Source: Chlorokybus atmophyticus (taxonomy: Eukaryota > Plantae > Mesostigma and Chlorokybus algae). From it: 64,000 bases of DNA. The position numbers and the translations under genes are program-made. Location: positions 99,633-163,632 of the forward strand of contig RHPI01002264.1 of NCBI GenBank assembly GCA_009103225.1. The letters are read 5' to 3'. Under the pieces are notes generated by a model. It saw only the letters and a list, made by a program, of their open reading frames with translations. It ran no database searches and was not told the origin of the DNA. This document shows, piece by piece, positions 1 to 14,699 of the stretch (position 1 is the first letter of the stretch; every line of letters begins with the position of its first letter).

Positions 1-1
1 G

Positions 2-2451
2 TCTACAATGCTTGTGGACGTGAGCGCGAAGGCCGCACGCATGCGCCCACCGCTGCAGGACCTGCGCGCGAAGCTTGTGGAGGTGCGTGCAGCTGCCGCT
101 GCAGCCCTCGCCGCCCTGCAACAGGGCTTGGAGAAGCGTGCCGAGGCTGCAGCCGCCCGCCAGACGCTGGAGCTCCTGCTTGATGCCGCCCACGTGGCCT
201 CAAAGGTGGAGAAGCTGCTCGCTGAGCAGGACGGAGGAGGGGGCGACAACGACAACGAGACTATTGAGAACGGCGTGCAAGGAAGTGCTGGGCGTATGCA
301 ACACAACAAAAGTGAGGCTGCGAGGGCGAGGCTGCTTGAGCGTGTGGCCTCAGAAATGAACCGTCTGCGATTCCTTACCACACGGGGACAGGGTTTACCG
401 CTTGTGACGGCGTTGGCTCCACGCGTTGAGGCCGCCGAGAAGGCCCTCGTGACGCGGCTCGAGGCGTGCTTGAGGCGCGGGTTGGCCACACGGGACTCAA
501 AGGCGTTGTTCCACGTGCTGCAGGCGTTTCTGGCAGCTGAGCATGCGCGCACGGCCGAGCGCGTGGTGCGGGAAGTCCTCGTTGCTCCCCTTGTGGCTGA
601 CGTATTCACTGCACCCGAGGCTTCCGGAGATGTGCTTCGTGCAGAGCTGCAGTCCATTGCACCCCGCACGCAAGAACAGTTGGGTTTCCTGCTCGAGCTG
701 ACGCACGGGTCCGGCGCCCTTGCGCACGGCTTTGACTGGCTTGCAGCCTCCGTGCTGGCAGAAGTCTCGCAGCAGCTCACTCTGAGGCGAGCCGCTGCGC
801 TTGGACCTGGCCTTCCTGCACTCTTTCATGCTCACTACCTCGCTGCATTGGATTTCCTCTGCGCCCTCGAGGCCATGTGTCCAACAAAAGCCGCAGTGCA
901 AGCCTTTCGCGCGCACTCTGCGTACTCAGACTTTCTGGCGAAATGGAACCTCGGCGTGTACTTCACGCTTCGTTACCAGGACTTTGCCGGCGCTCTTGAT
1001 GCTGCGTTGGACCCGTCCCGATTGTGGGAGGCAGCTGCGGCCAAGTCCACGCTCTCTCTCGCAGCCTCGAATGTGCTAAACAACGCGCTCCTGCGCTGTT
1101 GGACACCCGACACTTTCCTGGCCGCACTCTCCCACCGCTTCTTGAAACTCTCACTGCAACTCCTGGCACGCTACCGCACGCGACTGGAAGAGGGTGTCCA
1201 CGCAATTACAGGCTTCTCTACTGCTGTTGGGTACGCCCCACAAGGGCAAGGCAGCGCCTCAGCTGTGCCTCCAACATGGGCGTCCTCGGCATCGCCTGAG
1301 GACTTTGTTCTGGTAATACTGTGTGTGTCAACATGTGCAATGACGCTGGTGGCTCGTGCAATGAGCTCTTGTTGATGGTAATACTGGCATTGCTATGTTC
1401 AGATGTACTGCGACATCCAGCGCTTATCTCAAGCGGTCCAGTCGCAGTTGTTGCCTCTCGTAGCAGGCTGCCTCTCGCATCTACCAGAGGCGGCTTCAAA
1501 AGTGAGTTGACAGATGTTGCCATCATCATTGATGAGCACTGCATCGTTACCAACAGTGTCAACCATGTTGTATGCACCAAAGCAATTGTCATTTGTCATG
1601 TAGGGTGCTCAGTCTGCTTTGCAAAACGCGGCAGAGTCCCTCGCTGCTTTGTCTCCAGCTATCATGGCTGTGGTGATGGACGCACTAACCGAGAAGTGCG
1701 CTGAGGTATGCAGAAGGTCACATTGGTCAGTTATCGTGTACAATGAGCTTGTGTCAGTACTAAGCTGTAGTGTCTTGTACCCATTGCTGCGCACAGGTGG
1801 TGAAGCAGCTGCGTAGCATTACAACACTGTACCGCATGACCAACAAGCCGATGCCCACGCGGCCTTCACATTTCGTGCCACTTATACTACAACCCTTGCG
1901 CGCATTTAGTGACGGAGAGCGAGCAGCGCTGTTGAGTCCAGAGCGCAGAACAGAGCTCGCGCATGGTGTAGCCCTCAAAGTTACCACCAGGTGCCGATGC
2001 ATGCGGAACACATGCAGGGTGTGATGTACGCCGTTTTGCACACAACCAAACCTTTTTACTGTTGGTATGTTACAGATTTGATGAAACTGCACGTGACTTC
2101 GTGACCACGGTGAAGAAAACAGAGTCATCGTTAAAGCGGCTGAAGGGGCGAACAGGTGGTATGGATGGAAGTGCAAGTGGTGGCGTGTCTGACACCGACA
2201 AAATTATGCATCAACTCGTGCTGGATGTCAAAGTGAGTGCTGTGGCTTGCGTACTTATTGGTTTTCACCCTGCGTTGTGATTGCTTGGCGGCACATTGGC
2301 GTGAGATCTGTTGTTGAATGCTTTGCGGTTGCAGGAGTACGGCAAGCAGCTGCAGCGGATTGGCATTGATGCTGCGCAGTTGGAGCCGTACAGGAAACTG
2401 TGGGAGTGTGTGTCGCCAGCGGAGGACACTGCTTTGCCATTGCTTACATGA
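2..2451 (+). CDS. COG2: Conserved oligomeric Golgi complex subunit 2 (5' end outside window), 6 exons
   Basis: Frame is open from base 2 (STMLVDV...). Exons 2-1312, 1403-1501, 1604-1705, 1797-1990, 2076-2232, 2335-2451 join in frame through GT-AG introns and end at TGA. Hallmark COG2 C-terminal motifs: QLRSITTLYRMTNKPMPTRPSHFV and SDTDKIMHQLVLDVKEYG. Confidence 0.93.
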
Positions 2452-5400
2452 TGTAAAAGCCATTTGATTAGAACAGCTTTGCTCTATGCATCCAGTTGGA
2501 GTCGTGTGGTGGTGTCCATTTGCATTCAATGACTCGCACATACTCAGTGCAACTTTGCCGCATCGTAACACAAGAAGAGTATCTTGTGGGCAACAGTGGT
2601 CAGCAGTACTGCATAAAGCTTGGTAACAGTCACAGTGACTACATGATTCTGTTACGGCAGCACACATGCATGTTGACGCACAAGCTTGCATGTGTACACA
2701 TTCTATGTGTTTGCTGGTTTGCTCTGTTCTTGCTCACTTGTTCTCGTCACTCTCACCTGCCCAGTTCACTCTCACTTTCTCAGTTGACTCATGCTGAATC
2801 AGTTCACTCGTGCACTTAATCAGTTCGCTGGTGCAGTTGCGTCACAGTTTGCGCGCTGACTACTTCACTATTGCTATGGTTACCGTTCTCAAGTTAGCCT
2901 GCAGGCGTTTGACAAGCGCGTTGGATGAAGCTAACATCCCTTGGCGGCCAGCAGCCCTCAGTGCACAGCACACGCACAAGCACCCCCGCCTCACCCCTCG
3001 CCCTGCCTGCTCTATGCTCTGTGCTGCTGCTGCTGTTGCTGTGGTTTCAATCTCAAAGCTAACCGCTACCCGTATCACACACGTCGGTACCCGTATCACA
3101 CAGGTCGGTTGTCTATCGTACCTGCCTTGCCTGCTCCTGCCCCCTTTGCTACCCGCCCCTGCCCAACACTGCACTTAGCTACAGCTTATAGTTGGATAGA
3201 ATGCCCCATTGGTGTTAATAAAAGCGTGTGTCTCTGTGCTGCTTATTGGTTGGCTGTTAGCTAGCGTTTCTATGATTGCATCGGAAGTACATATCATCTT
3301 ATATATCATTTACTTTTGTAAGTCCTCTCACTAACTCGAATAGGTCCTCTGTGTTTTCCTCTGTTGTGGTCACCTAAACAGCGCACTAGTGTCCCAAACT
3401 GTCTCCGGCCTGTTGCATGTACTCTTAACCCAATACATGATAGTTCAGCATGTCAGTCTCGACTAACCACAGCACAGCACATCATTATTGCATGAACTAC
3501 ATACATACGTACAAGTATTGCCATATGTGCTGTCATGGCAAGTTGGCCAAAGTCGCTATGCAGCACTTCTATGCAGTGAGAGTCCAACAATGCCTAAGGG
3601 CCATGTGGGCAGGTACTACATGCATGTACTGACTGCTATGGCTAACGGGGTGTGGGTAGTAGAGTAGTTGTTGAAGCTAGTGAGTAATAGTAGCCTGGTG
3701 GTCTACATGAACAGTGTGAACAGCATGTTAACATCATGCTGGGTCCATTGCATGTGTCGTGCATGTGCATACGTGTCGCGCATGTTCTGTACACTTGACG
3801 CCTTGGGTTATTGCCTGCAAGGTTAACTGGCTTGCATCATCGCCTTAAGCTTTGAAAATGAGGTCTGCAATGGCCCAAGAGGAGGAGAGGGGCACTCACG
3901 CATGCTTCACTTGCTTGACTAGGTGTAAATCACACCGTGCATTGCAACTGCCAACAGAAAGATGGTGCACCACAATGACAGCTTGTGATGGACAATAGGT
4001 TGAGCATGCTCACTTGTAATAAGACCCCAAACCCACCTGCATCCTGCCGCAGAAGGCCAGGTGGCACCACCTTGGCCCAGCGCAGCGCTGGAAAGGCCGC
4101 CCAGCCCACCGCGGCGAGGCGGGCGGGCAGGGGATGAGGCGGAGCTTCTCCCCTGCAGCAAGCTCACATTCAGCACCATCATAACCAAGATCGAAGCAAT
4201 CCTTCTCCCCCTTCTCCTCCTCCTCACTCACCGAGAGGCAGGTGCTCGCCGATGACGCTTAGCAGNGGGGGGATTAGCTAACTTAGTATGAGCGCAGGCC
4301 ACGACTGAGCGATTGCTTGTGCAGTGGAGGTCTACATTAAGTCCTCCCTCAAGACCGTTGCCGCATGAGGGGATCCCCTTTTTAAAGGAAACCCTCCTCG
4401 ACATTTGAGTTTTCCTCAGCACTGCTAGCAACATGTAGTAACGAGATAACATGTCATTAATATGTCTTTTGTAATTGATATACTATAATACTGTAATTCT
4501 ACAAAATCAACATAAAACAATTTACTCCGTAAGGGCATTTTATCAAAATCTTTTTGCTTTTGAACTCTCAACTTATGCATTCAATGGTATTTAACCATGC
4601 ATTGGTTAAGATAGGTCTTCAAGACACCCCAACCATAAAGTACAGTTATTTAAGCGGAGCCTTTTGCAAAGAATTGCGGTAATACATTACTCATCGACAG
4701 AGAAGTTACAAAGGCCCCGTCATTCGTCCCGATAAACAAATCTGTCCGGCCGCCATGAGTGAATTCAAATTAACGAAAATCGACCTTCATTTTAATAGCT
4801 TGTGTAGCTACCAAACGCTGATAGAGACACAAGCTATCTCTAGGAGCACAAAAACTTGCAACCCATAGGATGTACCACATCCAATAAGCAATGCTAACTC
4901 ACCCGTTACAATACCTACACTGCTGTGTATGCTAAAAGCCTCGATCGTCTTGTAACCATCAACTTATATACATGAAGCTATGGGCAATTATGCTTGCATT
5001 ACCGAAATCTCTGATAGTCACTTGATGATATGTACTACAACATCACGTTCTAAAATTGTTACTTATTGCCGTGGATGAGAGTCGGGCGCACACCGTTACC
5101 CTGCGCATTGCAGCCTGCAATGCGCAGGGTAAGGGTGTGCACAAGGAAGTTGCATGTGCGTTGCAAGTGTGTTTGTCCCGCATGGACGCAATCACATCTG
5201 CACATCACCCGCTATTTCGTTTGCTAGGGCGCAATCCCATGCAGAATCACAATGCCGACACCGTTGCAGGTGCTGGACATGATTACAGCAGACAAGCAGG
5301 GGCCGGCGGTCCGTCGGTCGGAGACACCGAGCCTCAATGTTTACAGGCCACTTCAGCTCTCAGTGGCCCTGAAAAGCAGTCTTTAAGAATCGGCATGATA

Positions 5401-5607
5401 TCGGTCACAGTACAATCACAAAGCGCGAGGCATGTGTCGTACGCACGGCGCGCGGCCTGCACCAAGATGTACCGCACGCGCCCAAGAACTAGTACGGCAC
5501 CAGCTTATGCGTCAAAGAGTAAACATGCGTGTTGAAAAAAGTTGTCTCAAACAACACACTGGGCTGCATCTGTGCTGCTGTCTGTGTCAACGCCGCCGCC
5601 GCCGCCA

Positions 5608-8353
5608 ATGAGAGCCATGGCGAGGCGGACGACGCCTTCGCTGCTGGTGCTGGTGCTGAGTGCTACTGCTGTGTTATTTGCTGCGGCGCAGTCGACATCA
5701 GAGCCCTGGCCAGACCCCTCCAACTTCACCAATGTGCGCTTTGTTCAGTTTAGAAAACTCTGACTGGTTGCATGCTGGTGCATACTGTTTCAACATCAAG
5801 TCCATCATGCAAACAATGCCATTGCCTTGTTTCTTCACGTACTATGTCTGAGACACTGACACAAAGTGATGCGACTGATTCTCACAACCCCTCCCTCCCA
5901 GATCACACCCGGCTTCGTGAAGGTTCCAACCCCTTCCGGCGTCTCCTCCTGCAACAAGACCATTGCTCGCATCACAACTATCAACCCAACCCCTTCTGGC
6001 TTCTACTCAGCCGGCTCATTCCAACCACCTTCAACAAACTCCACTGCAGGAGACTGCCCCACACGCTGGTCGCGCATCAAGCTGGCACTTAGCATGCAGA
6101 CTGAAGATGTGGAGGGTTATCAGCGTGCGGTTGGCGTGTTTATCAAAGGTGTGTGTGTGTGTGTGTGTTTTGAGATGCACACCTCCGTGGGTTTGTGAGT
6201 CACAATCTTGCAATAGGTGTTGAGGTTATGCGCGTGAGGATGGAGTGGACCAACACGAACAAGACGTACTTCCGTGCTGAAGCCGACGTCACAAAGGTGA
6301 GGACGCATGAACTGCACTGTCACGACACACACTTCCATACCTATGCACATGCGGGCATGCATGCGGCGATGCATACAAGTGTGCATGTATTTGCGTATGC
6401 AACCACCCAGAGTTGTGTGCAACCTCACTATTACCTTTTCTGTCACGCAGTATGCATCCATCTTTCGCTCGACATCCCCGCTCCCCATCACAATCGGTTT
6501 TGACAGCCCACCCACATCAAACTCAAGCGCCCGCAACGTGACGGCTGAGTGCACTTTCTACGGCACGTCCTCACATTTTCCTGCAGCCGCCCTCGGGAGC
6601 ACGTTCGTACCCGACGTGGTGGTACCTATCGTGTATGATGCGACAACCGGCAAGAGGTGGGGAGAACCCAATCTCAGCACGCGAGTAGCGAACGCAGACA
6701 TACCTCCAAACCCATTCAAGGCTCAGATTGAGGTGCGCGCGTGTATGCATATGTGTGCTTGTGTGGAAATGAGTTGATGAGGTGCAATCAGCTGGTACTA
6801 CCAGAGCGTCCGCGTGTGTGCGTGTGTGTGCAAGTGTAACGAGCACGCAGACTCTCACATGTGGCATTGTCTGCATGTGCGTGTGCACGCGCGATGACAC
6901 ACCCACACACACGCCCAGACATGCGCGCTAGCGTGTGCCCACGCGCCTGAACGCATGCACACAAGTGCACGCACATCAACACATGCACACGCACACACGG
7001 ATGTATGCTTGCAGGTGTATGCTTCTCGACCGCCAGAAGATGAGTCAAGTATCATAACATTTGGGCAAGTGGTGGTACGTTTGTTGGACACATCGTAGCA
7101 TCACGATTGTTGCTTTCTTCATGAGCTGTGCTGGGTATGCGTGGGTTCAGCAGATGTCAACAAGACGTGTACACGTACGCGCGCAGGTGTTCATCAACAA
7201 CAACGCCGTCGGGCACGCGTATGCTCCCAACGTGGAGTTCACGCACACGGCCGTGATACCCACATTCACTTTGCTGGCGGGCCCGTTTGTGGGCGTGTTG
7301 GCCGAGCCGAGAGCCCACAACTTCTCTTTCCGCAGCCCCGAGAGCACCAAAGTGTTGGTGGGTGCCAACTTGCTAGTGTGGCTCGCGAAAGGCGTGGCGA
7401 GCACCTCGGGCCAACTCATACTTGCACACCACACGCCCTTGTTCGATAAGACACTCGTGGACCAACCCGCACCCGCCGAGTACAACGAACAAGGCGGCCC
7501 GGGACCCCAATATTATGCTCCTGCTTATGCCGAAGCGTGGACTGAAGTGTTGACCAGCGGTTTCGTGCAAGTGAGTGTGGGTGTGTGCGTGCGCATGTGT
7601 GGGTGTGGGTGTGTATCATTGTGTGTTGTGTTTCAGGTTGGGTCGAAGATATGGGACTACTCCAATGGTCAGCTGGCGGTCGCACATGTATTTGACAACA
7701 AAGGGCTCTTTATCTACGAGTATGCCAAGAACCGTCTGGTAAGCAAGCCAACTGTTGTGCACTGCGTGTGTAAGTGTGTGTCAAGGCGTGTGCACGTACG
7801 CGTAAATAGTATATGTACATGTTTGCATGCGCATCCATGTACATGCGCACGCGCGCGTGTTGGCGCTCGCATTTTCATCATGAACAACATCTTCACTGCA
7901 CAACAGTATGTGGAGTCCGGAGCCACACAGAAGCGTTCCATGAGTGGCCAGGACCCCGTTGAGACGGACGATGTGGTGCACACATATGTGAACGACCACG
8001 TGTCGGATTGTCACCGCGAACTTTGCGGTTTGCGCTTTACCGACGCATACACCATCGACTTCACCAACATATTGACACCCCCCAGGGACCCGTTGTATAC
8101 GAGTTCTAAATACGCATCTACAACTCTCTCCCACACGTACACGCTCGACGAGGTGACGCAAGGGTCGTACGACTACCCGATAACAACACTCGAGCACGGG
8201 GACTACGAGAACGACATATTGTTCGATGGAAGTTATTGCTACAACTACACGTCTCACACCCACGCCAATGATGAGCTGTCGCATCAGAAGGGCACGTACA
8301 ACGTTGTGCGCCACACATCCACAACGGTGTCCGACAACTTCAATTGCTATTGA
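5608..8353 (+). CDS. Secreted peptide-N4-(N-acetyl-beta-glucosaminyl)asparagine amidase A (PNGase A)-like protein, divergent, about 8 exons
   Basis: Signal peptide (SLLVLVLSATAVLFAAA). Exons about 5608-5733, 5902-6148, 6217-6296, 6451-6732, 7015-~7068, 7187-7570, 7637-~7740, ~7906-8353. The spliced protein has CPTRWSRIKL..EGYQRAVGVFIKGVEVMR..EADVTKYASIF, VYASRPPEDES and VFINNNAVG..FVGVLAEPRAHNFSF..VGANLLVWL, in the same order as acid PNGase A motifs. Confidence 0.72.
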
Positions 8354-9141
8354 TTCAAAGTCAAAATTAAGTGCCTTTTGTAAATCAGTGTGTAACCCCG
8401 CGAATAAACCCTGCAGCTCGTACCAATAAGGGAGAATTTTGGCTTAGGTGTGACTCTTTCCCTTGTTGAGCGGGACGATAATTGTATATTGTGCAGTTTT
8501 GTATAGCAGTTTTTCTGTTCTGGCATTGATTTGTGATCGAACTCATTTCGCTTCTATAGCGCTGATGTCCACACAAAACTTCATGCGTTACCTCATCAAC
8601 ATGAGTTGGAATGGGCTCTTCACATCAAATCCTTGCAGTTGTTGTGCGGTTAGTGCAGTACTGGCAGGCTTGATTGTGGTTGTCTGACTCTATGTAAGAG
8701 CTGCATACACATATGTCTGTTGTGTATAGGCCAACGCCAATATACACACCTGCACATTCACACGCTGGCACGCACATGTGCATGCCAGCGAAGCACACGC
8801 GCACACACATGTACAAACGTGCGCACACATATGCACATGCGTATGCGCACATACATGCATACATATCCATTCGCAGGCCAGTGCTGTGATACAGTAACAG
8901 TCTGATTCTGATGACAGTAACAGCAGCCAACAACTCCTGACACAAAAACAACACTGCTTTCAGTACGTCCCGTACTGAATTTATGTACTCGCTTACCAAA
9001 ACTAGCAATCAAATTGAACTATACACTTCATCACCCTCGAACGCAAACTGACCTGCTTAGCTGCTTATGCTATAGTTAGGGGGGAATGACATTATCTGAC
9101 CACATATCACCACACCTCGTGGTATGTGGTAGTATAAACAG

Positions 9142-9843
9142 TCACCTTGTGTGCTCGCCGCCCATTTGTTCCATCGCCACTTGGACCATGTCGCCGTCCT
9201 CCATCTCGTATTCTTCGGGCGACCGGTCCCCTTGTATGCGATGCCTGAAACCCAACATTATCATCACCATCGCCAACAACAGCTCCGTCAGGAATAACAA
9301 CTTTTTCAGTATTGATCAACAAGTAGAATGCGATTGTTGTCAAGCGTACCCTTCGAAAAAAAATCGCACTTTCGCCACATCAATGGACTTGCGCGAGCAG
9401 TAGGCTTCCATGATCTGTGAGGAACAACGTGGTTACGTTGCATTCTGTGCACTGCAACAAGTCTACAGCACGCCGCATCAGGTTAATGCTACATTGCAGA
9501 CATAACGCCGCATTGCAAATCTTGGTGCTGTATCACACTGCAACAGCTTGCATGATGAATAATATAACCATGCATGCACGTGCGTGCACACACGCCCACA
9601 CACCCATACGCACGCACAAAACATGTGCAACGAATGACACTGCACCTTGCACTCCCTTACCTTTCTGAACTTGGTTGTCTTCTTGACCTTGAACACCATG
9701 TCGTTGTCCTCGTGGTCCTTGAGCTTGATGGTGAGAACGTCGCCGCCGCCGCCGCCGCTGCTGCCGCCGACGTCGCCGGCGATGTTGGGCTTCACGTCCT
9801 GCGTCGGCGGCTGGCTTTCCTCCTTATCATCCTCTGCAGACAT
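9142..9843 (-). CDS. SUMO: Small ubiquitin-like modifier, 3 exons
   Basis: Spliced product: MSAEDDKEESQPPTQDVKP...VLTIKLKDHEDNDMVFKVKKTTKFRK/IMEAYCSRKSIDVAKVRFFFEG/HRIQGDRSPEEYEMEDGDMVQVAMEQMGG-EHTR*. It has the SUMO core FKVKKTTKFRKIMEAYC and a di-glycine followed by a 4-aa cleavable tail. Confidence 0.93.
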
Positions 9844-10724
9844 CTGTGCGCGCAAGCACACTCTTCATGCCCATGCACACATGACACGCAGTTGCATGCA
9901 TGCTTGTAGTACAACATGGAGTCAAGAGAACCGACTTCGCATCACACCATGCGATGCCATTGACTGCTGCAATTGCATGCTTGCTTGTTCAGCCCATGCA
10001 TTGTATGAACTGACATACTTAACTCACGAAACCAGAGCAATTGTAATTATTCCTGAAACACACAAAGGCGAATGCAACCATTCCAGTCGCAACACAATGT
10101 GTACTTTGCCACATTGTGTGATCACAGAGGTAAACTGTGTTGAATATGTTGTCGTTGCAGTGAGCAGAGAGACCAACTTTGGCAATAACGCAAAGGGTCA
10201 AACACCTGCTCTGAGCTGCCCTGTAGGCGGCGGTGTCAGTAGCAGTGTTAGCGTTGGCGTTAATGATGATGGCGTTGACAGTCAGGGTGTTGGCGGCGGC
10301 CTCAGGCAGGCGGAGAGCACCTTGCTTAGCACGAAGCGCACGCCGGCTGAGGGCACAAGAGGCAAAAAGTCTAATGAGCGAGAACCTCTTTGTTGAGAGC
10401 TTCTTCGTTTTCTACCAACCTCTCCCCTTCCTCCTCCTCCTCCTCGTCCTCCGGCAAGCCAACCCTCTCTCCTCAACCCCGCAGCCGACCACCTCAGTCA
10501 CACCGCCGCTGACAAGGGCGGGAAAAAGCTCAATCAGAACCAGTTTACCCAACCCGAAAGAGCCAACTCCGATCCAGCGTTTGGAGTTGAATCCTTCACG
10601 ATCGATTGAACCGGAAGCACTTTAGGGCTTCTGTTGTGACAGAATATTCCCCCTCAGCGGCGGTGACAGTCTGGGCGGCGGCGTCGGTGGCGTTGGTGGC
10701 GGGATTAGGGAGATTGATTGCAGC

Positions 10725-12851
10725 ATGGCTATGGAGAGGTCCAAGAGCCAGCCGGTGGCGGTGACTGCCTCCGCCGCTGGGGAGTCGATCTCTGGGGCGT
10801 TCGGTGGCGCCCGCCGCCGCGGGAGCAAAGGGCAGGCGGTGCAAAGAGCTGCACCAACAGATAATGCCGCCAAGGTAATAACTACATGAGTGTGTCAAAA
10901 GAGATTCAGTCTTTGTTAACTATGTCGAGGCTTGGTGTTGTTCATCACAAGAATGGTGGTTGAGCATGTGCAACAGGAAGCTCATGCAAGGAAGGAGGGG
11001 AGCTTTTGCCTTGTTGGACACTGATTATATGCATGGGCTCATACTGTTACAATGCTATCAACGAAGCCAAATGGTCCCTGCCAGAATCCGCGGGCCTAAG
11101 TTCTTGCCTTGCATTGGACTTTTGTTTCGCGTCTGTTGCACGTGGTATGAAACATGCAGCACAAGTTTTAATGTGGCAGAAATTGTATGTGTCTGTGCAA
11201 TGCTATCGTATTAGTGCCATTTAAGGACGGATGTTTGTGTGCTCCGTGCTGTTTTCTGCAAGCTGATAGTGCTTATGAACATGCTCTTGTACTCAGTTAG
11301 GAGGCTTGGAAGATTTTTGTATGTACCTCTACCACTATCACTATGCTGACATCACGTTTAACAGACTTGCATTGCACATCAGCACATGGCATACGCTCAG
11401 TCAGTACACATGAGTACTTTCAGCGCTTATTGGCTGACCTTTGAAACTCTCAGATCATAGCAGTGTCATGCATGCTTGTGTGGGTATACAACAAACTATG
11501 TATGCATAATTGTTCAGATCGACATGTGTGTTTGTGTCATTTACCCACCGCATTGTTCACTTCTCGCAGTTGTCCCGCAACTGCTTCTTGCTGTGCTGGC
11601 TGCATAGCAAATTACGTCATCATCACAGGGTTGTGCCAGCAATACCACAACGCGCTTGCACATGCACTTGCACGTTGTTGTTGGTTAGCCGCACTTGTAA
11701 AGTGTGCCACCCACTGGGGTCAGGTGTTGGCAGAGAGCGCTGTGGCTGCGGCGACACCGGCCTTCGTGCGTAGCGTGACGCGCGTGGCCCTCTCGTTCAA
11801 CACGTTTGTGTTCCTGGGCTTCACCGCGCTCTTCATGCTCGCGCACCGCCTCGGCTGGGCGCAGATACAGCTGCCGCCTCACCCTGAAGCCCCGCCGCCC
11901 GGCAGCCGATTCTCACGAGAGGTGGGGCTTATATTCCAGTTGGTTTGCTGATCCTATGTGCTTATGGTTTGTGTGTACACATCTGACATATGTAGTCCGC
12001 GTGAGCATGCGCCTGCGTGCGTGCGTGTACACGTTGGCGCGTGTTCCTGTGTCCACGCGCTCCCGTATGGGAGGTGGGTGTTGTGGGCGGGCGGGCAAAT
12101 CATACATTGCCCACTACGTACCTGCAATCAACCATGCTGTAGATACATTGTTTGTGTCTACAGCGTGTTCATCTGCATGTAGTGGGCGTTATCCTCATGT
12201 ACATAATGCCTAACATGTGCAGTCTGCAGCTGTGTGTACATTGCGTACATACGCGCTAGACTTATATACATGACTCTTGTGAGCAAGTTCATGCATACAC
12301 ACAGCAACCTTCAAAGCTGATCTTTCGCGCTGCTCTGCGTGTGCAGTTTCTGCTGGTTGACAAGACTCTCCGACCCATCGCGGGCATATTCTGGCTGTTC
12401 ATGACGGGCATCAACTACCAGGCCCTCTGCGCCAAGTCCAACGCCATCAAGTGCGCGGCATCCATCGCCAGGTCTGACAACATATGCAACAACATTGCTT
12501 GGGTTGTTTTTATATTTTATTGCTGAATCACCCAACTTGGCAGTGCTGCTGTGGTGGTCACGTGGTTTGTTGCGTGTGAGCGGCCGTGGGAGCAAAGGAA
12601 AGACATGGACCCCTCAACACTGTACATCAACAGTAAGCACTCAACACAAGTGTGGGTCACAGCTGTTGTGCCATTTGCGTGTACATGTTTGAACATGTGA
12701 TCAACACAGATTCTGTTGTGCAGTTGCGCTGCACTCTTATGCACTCCTTCTCAACATTGCGAGCACGGTTGCTTCAGCCATCGGCGTGCATCGCGCGCAC
12801 CAGCACTGGCACAAAGCGCTCGCAGACATTCAGAATAGCAAATCAACTTGA
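10725..12851 (+). CDS. Uncharacterised multi-pass membrane protein (about 230 aa, about 5 exons)
   Basis: Exons about 10725-10874, ~11725-11920, ~12347-12470, ~12544-12634, ~12724-12851 splice in frame to TGA. Hydrophobic segments: LSFNTFVFLGFTALFMLA, IAGIFWLFMTGI, SAAVVVTWFVAC, YALLLNIASTVASAIGV. No family recognised. Confidence 0.6.
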
Positions 12852-13059
12852 ATGTTGGGTAGGCACAATTCCTATGTTGTTACTGTACTCGCACTCTTAC
12901 CCCTGTATATTATCAGCTTGGCCCGTATCGCGTTTCACACTTATGGTGCGCCTGCTATGTGGCAAGAATGTTTGTGCACTAGGTGCTATTGCTACATACG
13001 CAGCAAAAATAGTAACTAAAGTTACTCTAGATAGTCATACTAGCTAGTTTACTGTTGTG

Positions 13060-14663
13060 TCAATACCGGCTTAATGAAGGCAGTGGTCTGCACTTGAGTT
13101 TGCTCTCGTCGGGCATAAGCACGCTTATGTAACCATGCTTGGGAGCCAACTGGTTGAATGACGCCACGTACACGTTCCCATAGTGGTCCTGCTCCAACGC
13201 AATGGGGTCCAAGAAATTTGATGCAACGGTACCCTGCAATAGTGGTATCAAGTCAGACACATGTCCACATGCGCATGCCAACATGTCTGCAAGACAAAAG
13301 TCAAGCACTCACATTGTTGTACGCTTGGCTGCCGTCGCTGTTGAAGCTTATTCTGATGATGTTGTTGCCAACAGAGAATGCGGCTGCGAGAAGATGTCCT
13401 CTCAAACGCCCGCAAAACCTACCCGAACGGTACACCAACATGCCATCGGCCGACACGTGTACCCCGAGCGGCAACAACGGAGGCTCGTAGTTCCTGCACA
13501 ACGCCACACATTAGCCACATACCCACACTCGTTTCATCACGTGTCATGTACACACACCCACCTTGGCGTAGGCTGGCCTTGGAAACTGCCGTCCCCAAAC
13601 ACGCACTCTTTGCGCGCGGGGTTAGGATGGCCGTAGTATTTGCCCCTCTTGATGTTGTACAACACATCGCTCTGAGTGCCAGGGTCCAACGGGCTCACCG
13701 GCAGCGTGTACTCAACAAGACCCTGTGCATGAGAGTGCATCAGACACATTCAGTCCTCATGTTGTCTTACCTAGATACAAACCACACACACACACACATA
13801 CACACATCTCTTTTCACCTGGCATGTGCCCGGCGCTCGCACTATCGGCACAGTTGCCGGCAGGCCAACGCCATTATCAGCGCCATAGTATGTCTTATGCA
13901 CCGGATGCCACGCAAAGTCATACATGTTGCGAATGCCCGTCGCGTACGGCCGCACAGCACACATGGACGGGTAACCCGGGTATGCCCATCCCGTTGTCTG
14001 TGACACAAAAGAGTGGTTGGTAACAACATCCTGTTGTTGGTGTTGTTAATGATGTGGTTGTTGTGCTTACTGCTGAGACGAGTGTAGCGCATCGGCCGTG
14101 GATATCAGGCTTCCACCATTTGGCTAGCACGTCGGCTTGAAACAGCCCAGCTGTCAACATCTGATATACACACAGGCACACAAGTGGTAAGTCCATCTGT
14201 TGAGCTGTTGTTATTGTGGACTGTATGTATGTTCTTTGCACGACAACTGCACCTGCTCTCCGCGTATACCGAACACGCCTCCAAGTGTACTCGGGCTGCC
14301 GCCTTCGGTGTTGGACCCGACAGAGAAGAACAGCACGCCGTTGGGAGCAAAGTGGAGGCTGGAGAAATGCACATACAAAATGACCCAGTTGTTGTTGATT
14401 CCATTGTAAGGTAATGCACACACATGCACATGAGAGCATACACCCACATACATGCGCACCAATCCACGCACGCCCACGCACACACAGGCACATGCGCACG
14501 TACACACCTGTTTATAGCGTGGTTGGCCATGCTGCGACCAATGCCAGTAATGACATCCACGCGCGTGGCAAAATTACGCCCACTCAGCCTTGATATCTTC
14601 CCGGAGTTCACCAGTCCAGGACTTCCATACCCGCCATCACCCTGTCCACACAACACACATTCA

Positions 14664-14699
<36 letters not shown>

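Noticed and set aside
3919-4255. GC-rich exon-like ORFs on the minus strand
   Set aside because: No clear start, no recognisable motif and no convincing downstream exon; they sit next to an ambiguous base.
5608-8353. HAP2/GCS1 fusogen as the identity of the secreted protein
   Set aside because: It lacks the HAP2 cysteine pattern and transmembrane anchor; motif order fits PNGase A.
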